Positions 1 through 9,943 of a stretch of 64,000 bases of DNA are shown here, piece by piece. The stretch lies in contig NC_081331.1 in NCBI RefSeq assembly GCF_022539665.2, positions 9,858,001 through 9,922,000 on the forward strand. The letters run 5' to 3'. Source of the DNA: Daphnia carinata. Its lineage: Eukaryota. The position numbers and the translations under genes are program-made. The notes beneath the pieces were generated by a model, which had not been told where the DNA came from, did not search any database, and saw only the letters and a program-made list of their open reading frames with translations. Positions within the stretch are counted from its first letter, which is position 1. Each line of letters starts with the position of its first letter.

Positions 1-127
1 GTTGCAGAATTAAGAAGGAAGAAGAAGAGAAGACAATTTTTCATTCCTCATTTTTGATGTAATTATTGGTTGATTTGACTTTGCTTATAATTATTATTAT
101 TTATTTTTGTAAGTGCAGAATTCATTA

Positions 128-779
128 CAGCAGCTGTCCACAAAGTGGGACATGCCGTGCAAAGGGACACCCTTCCCACTTTGCAGGTTTGTCCCACTTT
201 GCGGATCCTCGTATGAATATCTAGATGAGATTAGGCAACCCGGCTAGGTTCAACGAGTGCTATTAAAATGTACGGCTTTTCCCAAGATGTGAGTTGCTTA
301 ACCACTTTAATAGATAGTATTGGCTACAGCTTCATTCTCAATCTACTCAATGATTTTTAGTTGATCACCTAACGAAGTACATTGATGAAGTATTCAGTAT
401 CATAACATAACATCACAACCCCTATTTTTTGTACGCTTTTTGACATTTTCACAACATTAGAAATGAATAAAAAAATGACTAGGTGCGAAAACTAAAACAA
501 ACTCACTTAGTTTGTGAATGAGGGCGATTTTCGCCAAAATATTTCATCTATTTTTAGAAACATGTTTTACCGAAAAATTGTTATAGTTGTTAAGCTATCT
601 AAAAGAGCTCCGGGCGACATGAACATCAGAAATTGTTTCCAATCTTGTGGCGTTTTAAACGAACCGCGCTTTAGCTACGTTACTCAAACCGCGAGGGTTC
701 TTTTCTGTGCAAACGCCGCCCCTTCCCACTTTGCAAGAAATCCCACTTTCCGGGCCTCCCACTTTGTGGACCGCTGCTG
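128..779. mobile_element. Non-autonomous DNA transposon (MITE), Tc1/mariner-like ends
   Basis: Terminal inverted repeats CAGCAGCTGTCCACAAAGTGGGA (128-150) and TCCCACTTTGTGGACCGCTGCTG (757-779) differ by one mismatch. TA flanks both sides (126-127, 780-781), and inverted similarity extends weakly to ~119/788. Subterminal TCCCACTTT copies at ~174, 192, 724, 741, 757. No transposase ORF. Confidence 0.8.
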
Positions 780-970
780 TACTGAATTACGTTTTCGAAG
801 CCGCATTTTCATTACAAGGGAAAAAATTCACAGAGATAAGAAAGTCAGAATTTGAAAATTTGTTTTTTCCAAAGTTTGAAATCCCAAGCCTTGGAGTAGA
901 TCAATTCAAACATTTTCGCGTCTTTTCTGTGTAAGGATAAAATGACCTAGATTCTGTGCATTACTGGCAC

Positions 971-1305
971 CCAGTCTTGCCGTTGCGATTGATTTTTTTA
1001 TCTTGATCGCCTATCCGATCGTCAGTGATTGATCTTGATCAGCGATTCGATCTTTTCAAAACGATTTGATTGGCGATCAAATTTTTGCGATCCGATCGTT
1101 TTTGGGCGAAATGTAGTGGTGAAATTTGAACTAAACTTGTCATCATTTCAAGTCAATGTCTTCATTTACAGACAAAAAGGGCGTGTGCTGCGAATGAAGG
1201 ATAAACAGCTTCCTCAGCGAAAATGTTTAGCAAAAATTTATATGAATTCTAAATTCTTACGTTTGGTGGCGCCAGACTTGCCGCGATCGCGATCGCGGCG
1301 ATCCC
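971..1305. repeat. GATC/CGATC-rich degenerate repeat, probable DNA-transposon end remnant
   Basis: Dense CGATC/GATCG motifs at ~1000-1100, a repeated start CCAG(T/A)CTTGCCG at ~971 and ~1272, and a perfect 18-bp palindrome CCGCGATCGCGATCGCGG at 1281-1298. Confidence 0.4.
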
Positions 1306-1339
1306 TCATCTTGCACCATTATCAGTTTTAGACCTACAT

Positions 1340-1447
1340 TCCCCCTCCCTCCCCTCCATTTTTAAAAATCGCTGGAACATTCCAGTTACGCAGCGATCCT
1401 AAATTTACCGTTTTTCGTATTTCTTCTTTTTATTTTGACGCTCGCAA
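1340..1447 (+). repeat. Diverged copy of PMCA upstream segment ~33060-33200
   Basis: GCTGGAACATTCCAGTTACGCAGCGATCCTAAATT...GACGCTCGC matches GCTGGAACGTTCCAGTTACGCAGCGATCCTAAATT...GACGCTCGC at 33121-33200, same orientation. Confidence 0.85.
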
Positions 1448-1757
1448 GCAAGCCGGAATAAGGGAAGTGTATTTATTTTGTGCTTTTTAAAATTTAATAA
1501 TTGAATAATTAATTTTTTAAATATTCTTGTTTACATAATGGTCCACAAGTCATGGTGGGAAATCCTTGATCTGTCAGAGGTCTTCCTAACACTATGAAGC
1601 CGCATTAACAGCAGCAAGCGCCACTGAGAGGTCAGTTTCTCCAAGGAATGAATACTCAGGGACCACGCTTCCAGGTTTAAAGAATCCCGTTTCCGTACAC
1701 TCCTTATCTCCGATGTAAACGAAGGCTCAATTGAAATAGGTACCAAGAAAAGCTGGA

Positions 1758-4700
1758 ATGGGAGATATTGACCCAAATTCTCGACCAGACGCGAATGCTA
1801 TGGACCATTCCAATCAATATGGGTTCGCAAATTCGAATACATCTAATGCTACGATGACAGCCCAACAGCAGAGACCTATCTGTACAGCTAATGGTGATAT
1901 ACCACCAATGCAAAATATGTATCAGCAGCAACAACAACAACATAATAGTGAGCCAAACATGAATCCTAACATATCAGCCCGTCCAGTTATGATGCCTGGT
2001 GAGGCAACGACCATGGTTTCAGCGCCGATGGTTTCGATGGCGCCATTGTCAGTCACTCAGACTCCCATGGTGTCGTCCCCGCAGCATCCTCAGCAGCAAC
2101 TACAATACTTTCCGGTGCCAAAAAATGCTCCTCAAGTGTCAGCACCTAACGCCGCAGTTACCTCTACCGCGCAGCCAGCAAGATCGGCCGGTGGTGCTGG
2201 GGCAGCTAGCGCGGCAACTACCGCCGACCCCTGGAAAAGGAAGATGATCCGGGAGCAATTTGCACTCTTAATTCATGCTCACAAGTGCCCGCAACTGGAG
2301 AGTCCAACCAATCGAGAGGTATGTTGATGCATTCTTCGTATTACGATTTATCATGGTAAATGTTGTTGTATACGGGGATCCTTATTGTTATATCTCACAT
2401 ACAATAGTGCACTCTTCCACATTGCCGGCCAATGAAGAACGTTTTGAACCACATGAAGACATGTCAGACAGGAAATTCATGCCAAATACCTCACTGCTCG
2501 TACGCTCGGCAGATAATTTCTCATTGCAAAAACTGCAATCGTCCCGACTGTCCCATTTGCCTGCCTATCAACCAGGTATCCCGGAATAAAGGTAATTGAT
2601 TTTACTTATGCTTTTCAAAATTTAATAATTAATAATCAAATTTCTTTATATTCTTGTGTTAACTTTTTGCTCTTCAACCTAAATAGCTCCTCATAACAAT
2701 TCACAACCAAGTCCAGCGGGTTTTGATGTTGGCTTGGGTTCGAACTCAACTGGTGGTTCTTCGGTGACCCCTGATCAAAGTGTCTTACCGGCGCACAACC
2801 AAAGCGCTGCTGTTGGAGCAGTTCAGGTTCCATCTATAACTGCGCGTAGATTGGCTAGGCCCAGATTACGACAGAGGCAGCAGAATTCAATAGTTCCTAT
2901 GAACAGCGCCCAGTTAGCTGAAGACAATCCTCCATCAGCGATTTCTGCAAGCCAACCTGTTCTTCCTGGTACCTTGAATCGTGGCCCGGTTCTAAACACG
3001 GGACTGCAGTCTCAGCAGCAGGCCTCTGGTCCTACCGGGGCTGGTCCCAGGAATATTAGGGATGCTATCTCCGACAACGCTTCCAACATTGAGCATATTG
3101 TAAGACCTCAAAAAATTTCTTTGATAATCGACCTTTCGAAATCTTAATGTTAATTTAATTCAATATTTTAGATGAGTCCAGTTAACTCAACAACTCCTTT
3201 GCCCGGAGGATTGCAACTAAGCCAGGTCACTGCCGACTCTGTTCAGGGATCGAAAGAATGGCATCAGTCCATGTTGCCTAAGCGGAAGGAGCAACAACAA
3301 GCTCAGCAAACACCAACGTCAACACCGACAACGCCTTTGCAGCAGCAGGCTCCATCTGCCCTGACACATCTTCCACCTGGTCAGCAGGTACCTCCGCCCC
3401 AGCATCATCAACAGCAGCCTGTACCGCCGAGCAACAATGCAGGTTTGAGACCTAATATGCCAGGGACTGGGGAGTCTGGGCAAGGACCACGAGGAATCGC
3501 GCCAACTAGTGGGATGATGATGCGCAATCCAGCCCCCAGTCCAGTGGGGACAGAACAGTCTTCCCGTGACCAAGAACAACATAGAAGTGAGCGCAGGACT
3601 CCAAACGGAATGCCATCAACCAATTCGCAACAAGAAATAAAGCCAAGTGGCGGTTTCGGAGGTGGCAACTCGGATTCTTCTGGAACGATGCCGGGTCTGT
3701 CTGGCAGTGCCAGCAATACCTCATCAGCTGTTGCCATCCCACCAATTGTCCGACCGAAGAAGGCGGGCAAAATCATCTTCTCACCTGACGAACTTCGCCA
3801 GGCATTGATGCCCACTTTAGAGAAATTGTATCGTCAAGATCCTGATTCTATCCTATTCCGCGATCCGGTCGATCCGCACAAACTTGGCATTCCCGATTAC
3901 TTTGATATAATCAAGAAACCCATGGATTTAGCTACCATCCGGCGAAAGATTGACAATGGTCAGTACAAAAATCCATGGGAATATGTTGACGATGTCTGGC
4001 TGATGTTTAATAACGCATGGCTTTATAACCGTAAATCATCACGCGTCTACCGCTGTTGCACCAAGTTATCCAAAGTGTTTGAGCAGGAAATCGATCCAGT
4101 GATGCAATCTCTGGGCTACTGTTGCGGCAGAAAGTACGCATTCAATCCGCAGGTATTGTGCTGTTACGGTAAGCAGCTCTGCTCGATCCCGCGCGACGCC
4201 AAGTACTTTAGCTACCACCGCTACACGTACTGCCTCAAGTGCTTCAACGACATTCCCGGCGACACGGTTTCCCTCGGCGACGATCCCACCCAGCCGCCGA
4301 CGGTCATCCGCAAGGAGCAGTTTACCGAGCTGAAGAACGACGCTTTGGACCTGGAGCCGTTTGTCGACTGCCAGGAGTGCGGCCGGAAGTTGCACCAGAT
4401 TTGCGTCCTCCACATGGACTGCATCTGGCCGCAGGGTTTCACGTGCGACAACTGTCTCAAGTCGCGCGGCGAAAAGCGCAAGGAGAACAAGTACGGCGCC
4501 AAGCGGTTGCCCACCACCAAACTGTCGACGTTCATCGAAAATCGAGTCAACAGTTTCTTGAAGAAGAAGGAGGCAGGTGCCGGTGAGGTGACGATTCGAG
4601 TCGTCGCCTCAGCTGGCAAGATCACCGAAGTCAAACCAGGCATGAAAAGTCGTTTCGCTGACAACGGAGAAATGTGCGAAACATTCCCTTACAGAGCGAA

Positions 4701-7668
4701 GGCTCTGTTTGCCTTCGAGGAAATTGATGGCACGGACGTCTGTTTCTTCGGTATGCATGTGCAAGAGTACGGTTCGGATAGCCCTAGTCCCAATACTCGA
4801 CGCGTCTATTTAGCCTACCTCGATTCGGTCCACTTTTTCCAGCCGAAACAATTTCGTACGGCCGTCTACCACGAGATCCTGCTCGGCTACCTCGACTACG
4901 TCAAGCAGCTGGGCTACTGCATGGCTCACATTTGGGCTTGTCCGCCCTCTGAGGGCGACGACTACATCTTCCACTGCCATCCGCCCGACCAGCGGATCCC
5001 TAAGCCGAAACAACTGCAAGACTGGTATAAAAAGATGCTGGATCGTGGTATCACTGAACAGATCGTTCTCGAAAACAACGACATCCTCAAACAATCCAAG
5101 AACGATAATTTGAAATCAGCTGCAGAACTTCCCTATTTTGAAGGAGATTTTTGGCCGAACGTTCTAGAGGAAAGCATTCAAGAAATAGAAGAAAAGAGGC
5201 GGAAGCAGAAGTCCAACAAAGCCAAGGCGAACAACCGGAAAAACAACAAGAAATCCAATGCCCCGCAGACGGACAATGACCTCTGGACCAAAATCTTCAC
5301 TACCATGAAGAAGCAGAAAGAGGTATTCTTTGTTATCAGGTTGCAAACGGTGCAAGCGGCTGCTTCATTAGGACCGGTTGTCGATCCCGATCCGCTCATC
5401 CAGTGCGACTTGATGGATGGTCGTGATGCATTTTTGGCTCTGGCTCGCGACAAGCACTATGAGTTTTCCTCTTTGCGCCGCTGCAAATACTCGTCCATGG
5501 CCATGTTGTACAACCTGCACAACCAAGGAACGGACAGCTTCGTCTACACTTGCAACGATTGCAAATCGCAAGTGGAGACTAGATTCCATTGCACTGTCTG
5601 CGACGACTTCGATCTGTGCGTTCCGTGCTACGAGAAGGATGGCCATCACCACAAAATGGAGAAATTGGGATTTGACCTGGACGATGGTTCCAAACAGGCC
5701 AACCCGCCAGAAGCGGGCGGAAAATTGCCCACGCAACGCTGTATACAGCACGCCAAGCACTGTACCGAGACCAAATGCATGGTGCCATTTTGTCTCAACA
5801 TCAGGCAGCAGCATCAGCATGCGCATTTCCACAAGAGAAGAATGGCTTGCCTCCAACTGTTGCAATTGCTCAAACCACCGAGCAGTCCTCAACTGCAACA
5901 GCAAGTTGTACAAATTCTACGTAGCAATCCGCAGTTGATGGCAGACATTATTAAACAGCACGCAGTACTCCAACAGCAGCATCCTCAACAACAGCAGCAA
6001 TCTGTTGGTGGCATGGGTGCCGTCAACCCGGCGATGGTGATGCCTCCTCCGCAGATGATGCAACATCCAAGGCCGCCAATGAACATGCAACCTGGTGGCA
6101 TGCCTGGGAACACGGTCGGTGCTGGAATGCAAGTGAATCAAGTCGTCGGCGGACCTTCTGGGCCGAACGCTATGAGTGGCATGGGCGGCAATGGCGGTAT
6201 GCCCATCAACAATATGCAGGGAAATCGTATGGGCATGGGGGGCGAGCAACAGTGGGGAGGTCCTCGCTTTGCTGGTCCAGCACAAGGGGGTGCGGTCCCC
6301 AATCAAGTAATGGGTCAACAACAACAAATGCGACCTATGGCACCAAACAATATGATTGGAGCTCAACAACAACAACAGCCAGGCCAAGCGTCACCGGCCA
6401 TGTCAATGGGCAACTCTCAAGGAGGAATGATGGGTCCTGGAGGTGGAGTCGCAGGCGTAGGGCCTAATGTTGCGCAACAACAGCAACAGGTGAACGCCGT
6501 TCAACAACAACCTCAGGCGCAGTTGCAGCCAGGCATTCTAACGCAGATACCTGTAGGTGCCGGCGGAATAACTGTACCAGGAGGAGCTCAGCGTCCATTG
6601 CCGCAAGCCCTCCACCAACTGTTGCAAACGCTCAAACCACCGAGCAGTCCTCAACTGGAACAGCAAGTTGTACAAATTCTACGTAGCAATCCGCAGTTGA
6701 TGGCAGACATTATTAAACAGCACGCAGTACTCCAACAGCAGCATCCTCAACAACAGCAGCAATCTGTTGGTGGCATGGGAGCCGTGAATGCGGCGATGGT
6801 GATGCTTCCTCCTCAGATGATGCAGCATACTCGCCCTATGAACATGCAACCTGGTGGCATGCCTGGGAACATGGTCGGTGCTGGAATGCAAGTGAATCAA
6901 GTCGTCGGCGGACCTTCTGGGCCGAACGCTATGAGTGGCATGGGCGGCAATGGCGGTATGCCCATCAACAATATGCAGGGAAATCGTATGGGCATGGGGG
7001 GCGAGCAACAGTGGGGAGGTCCTCGCTTTGCTGGTCCAGCACAAGGGGGTGCGGTCCCCAATCAAGTAATGGGTCAACAACAACAAATGCGACCTATGGC
7101 ACCAAACAATATGATTGGAGCTCAACAACAACAACAGCCAGGCCAAGCGTCACCGGCCATGTCAATGGGCAACTCTCAAGGAGGAATGATGGGTCCTGGA
7201 GGTGGAGTCGCAGGCGTAGGGCCTAATGTTGCGCAACAACAGCAACAGGTGAACGCCGTTCAACAACAACCTCAGGCGCAGTTGCAGCCAGGCATTCTAA
7301 TGCAGATACCTGTAGGTGCCGTCGGAATAACTGTACCAGGAGGAGCTCAGCGTCCATTGCCGCAAGCCCTCCACCAACTGGTGCAAACGCTCAAATCACC
7401 GAGCACGCCACAACAGTATCAGCAAGTTGTGCAAATTCTGCGTAGCAATCCCCAGCTAATGGCAGCCTTCATTAAACAGCGCTCTGTACTCCAACAGCAG
7501 CAGCAACAAAATCAGAACCAGCAGCCTCAGCAGGGCCAACAACAAGTGCCCAACCAACAGGGGCAGCAAGGTTCCATACCCAATAACATGCAGGCAATGG
7601 CTCAACTGGGAATTCAAGCAGCCATGCAAAATACTGTTACGTTCCAGTCTAATTACTTGTCTTTATGA
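1758..7668 (+). CDS. Divergent CBP/p300 (nejire-like) histone acetyltransferase paralog, ~1884 aa; exons 1758-2318, 2408-2591, 2687-3099, 3172-7668
   Basis: GT-AG introns join the exons in frame. Domains: TAZ1 (HAHKC...CTLPHC...CPICLP), bromodomain ([14 protein letters not shown]...[12 protein letters not shown]), RING/PHD, KAT11 HAT ([50 protein letters not shown]), ZZ (CNDCK...[10 protein letters not shown]), remnant TAZ2, three NCBD/IBiD copies (LKxPSxPQ...[10 protein letters not shown]). Confidence 0.9.
5851..7500 (+). repeat. Intragenic ~760-bp tandem duplication (units ~5851-6612 and ~6613-7371) plus a third NCBD copy
   Basis: Near-identical DNA and protein ([20 protein letters not shown]...[13 protein letters not shown]) repeated at a 759-762 nt offset. 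The alternative-frame ORFs 6252 and 7011 are identical. Confidence 0.95.
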
Positions 7669-8016
7669 CTTAGCATATAAGTCCTTAAACAGACATATCT
7701 AGATTACATAAGCTTAGTAACAATTGGCGAGTATAGTCGGACGTCTTTACCAACGTCCTACTCTATCAAACTTGGTCTCCGGTACCACGAACAGGTACCA
7801 CCAAGAAACATACCCAGGTCGTCCGTACCAACAACATACATACCCGGACGACCTGTACAAACAACATAACACGATCCACCAGACCGTCCGTCCCAACGAC
7901 ATAAATACCCGGACGGTCTGAATACTAACACAATACAATAGAATAATAGTAACGAAGGACAACGTTGGTATGAAGGCAGGTACGAAACGTCAATTCTGAT
8001 TTCTGATTGTTGTTGA
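7631..8016 (+). mobile_element. LTR-retroelement-like remnant inserted in the CBP-like 3' coding region
   Basis: An 88-bp segment is bounded by TGTTAC (7635) and GTAACA (7722) and followed after 2 nt by PBS-like TGGCGAG (7725). Internal ATACCC(G/A)G repeats. The insert is flanked by the direct repeat ATGCAAA (7624-7630, 8017-8023). Confidence 0.55.
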
Positions 8017-8556
8017 ATGCAAATGCAGTTGCAGCCAGACAGTCTAATGCAGATATTTGTAGGTGCCGGCGAAATAGCTGTACCAAGAGGAGCTGAGTGT
8101 CCATTGCTGCAACCACTCTACGAACCGTTTCAGATGCTCAAATTACAGAACACGCCGGAACAGCAGCAGCAACAACAACAGCAGGGTTTCCAACAGCCTT
8201 CTTCACTAGAGCCATTGGGACCGAGGGCAAGGAAACCATTGCCGCGTATGAGTGAGTTCCATCAGCAACAACAGGAGCACGGCTTTGTTGGAAACGGAAA
8301 TGACAACCAATCTCTGAGTCCCAACAATCAAGGTCAGTTTGGAGGACAACAACAGTCGACAATGCAACAACCATTGCAACAACAACAGCAGATAAAGAAC
8401 ACGCCACCGCCAACCACGACGCCTTTGCCACCGGAAAATCCGGTAAGAAGAGTGTTCCGCAGGCTCCGACTCCCTAATGGTATTCTCGATCATCAACCGA
8501 TGAGGACGGACAAGAAACTTAGACCCAGCCCATTCGAACGGCCCAACCCCAAATGA
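8017..8556 (+). pseudogene. Detached C-terminal Q-rich segment of the CBP-like gene with a fourth, degenerate repeat copy
   Basis: MQLQPDSLMQIFVGAGEIAVPRGAECPLLQPL...LKLQNTPEQQ resembles [32 protein letters not shown]...LKSPSTPQQ. It is in the same frame as the main ORF once 7624-8016 (393 nt) is removed. Confidence 0.65.
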
Positions 8557-9004
8557 CTGCATACGTCCATACAATTTTCTCAGAGAGCGGAAGAAGCGCT
8601 AGAGGGGTCTAGAGGAGTAAATCAACTAGAGATTGTCCCAATACCAACTCCTTCAACACCATTAATTCCGCCTCCGTAATCCATCACAGCAGAGCTGAAC
8701 TGTAAAAATCAGAGCCCGATCAGAACCGACCCTATCCACCAAAAAAACACAAAAACGTCCGGCCAGGTAAACACGGTCAGTCGCCGCGGAAACCCCCAAA
8801 CAATTGAAAAAGTGAAAAATGATCCTTTCAAGAAAAAAAAATTTACAACCACCCAGTTGGACATAGTTCACTAAAACGCAAGCACGCTCTGAACGTTCCG
8901 CTCAGTGCTTTAAAAAAAATTGGATTTCCGATCTCGTTCACAAAAGATACATATGAGCTTAAACATTGAATAAAAAAAAGTTACAAATAAAAAAACATGT
9001 TAAT

Positions 9005-9600
9005 TGTTGACACACACAGACACCAGTGGACACCGAAAGCAGACGTCAACTGCCAATAGACCGCATCTATCTTATCCTATTTCAGATGCCTATTGATTCT
9101 TATCTTTCCATTGGATTTTTCTCTTTCACATTTCATAGTGTATGTGTGTTTGTGTATGTGACAGCCTCTAGAACGAAACAAAAAAGAGTATTTATTGTAA
9201 ACAAAGCCCAGTGAATTGACTATTTCTCAACGATCGATTGGAACGATTATGTATGTATGTGTGTGCGCATTGTTTATCATCTATCATTACTTGTACGCAT
9301 ACACGGGAGAAAAATAAACAAATAAAGCGAAAAATGGGTTCTCCACCAATGTTATATTGATTTCGAGTTTTTCCGAAGCGACACAGCCCATTGTGCACCG
9401 CCACTGGTGCTCCTCAATTATTTTCATTACAGTTAGTAATGGTCGCCATTTGTCAGTCATCTTCGATTGCAGCGTCGCCACCCTCTACTATTGTTTTTTT
9501 TTTTTTGGCCCGATACCTTCCATTTATATTAGTTTGTTCTTTATGACCGGTATGGGAATACAAGAGTAACCGGTAAATGCTCACGAAATGCCTAGCATGG
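9005..9600 (+). repeat. Diverged copy of PMCA upstream segment ~21617-22308
   Basis: Colinear matches include CCGCATCTATC...CCTATTTCAG, TTATCATCTATCATTACTTGTAC, TTTGTCAGTCATCTTCGATTGCA, CGTCGCCACCCTCTACTATTG and AAATGCCTAGC. Confidence 0.92.
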
Positions 9601-9611
9601 GACGTATGACT

Positions 9612-9931
9612 ACTTCCTATTTTGTCTTACAACCTCGTCAGACGTCCCATCCTACGCTCCGTTGATTTGATTTATTTTATTTTATTTTTTGGTGGGGGAG
9701 GTTTATCGATGGTGATAACTAGGCAACCTACCGCCAATCACGAGACCTATCCGTTTAGATGGAAGAAAAAAAAACGGATGGACTGGACGGAAACGAAGCA
9801 TTTTTCTTTATTATTTTAATGGGACAATAGACGACATTAGAATGCGTCTGACGAGATTTGATAGAATTCCGTATTTTTTGTGTGTGGTAAATTGCTTGAG
9901 TAAATCGACGTGCAGTTGTTTTTGTTCACCG
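9612..9931 (+). repeat. Diverged copy of PMCA upstream segment ~27251-27620
   Basis: Colinear matches include CTTACAACCTCGTCAGA, CCTACGCTCCGTT, CGAGACCTAT.CGTTTAGATGG, GGAAACGAAGCAT, GAATGCGTCTGACGAGATTTGATAGAATT and GTGCAGTTGTTTTTG. Confidence 0.92.
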
Positions 9932-9943
9932 CCGTCAGCTAGA

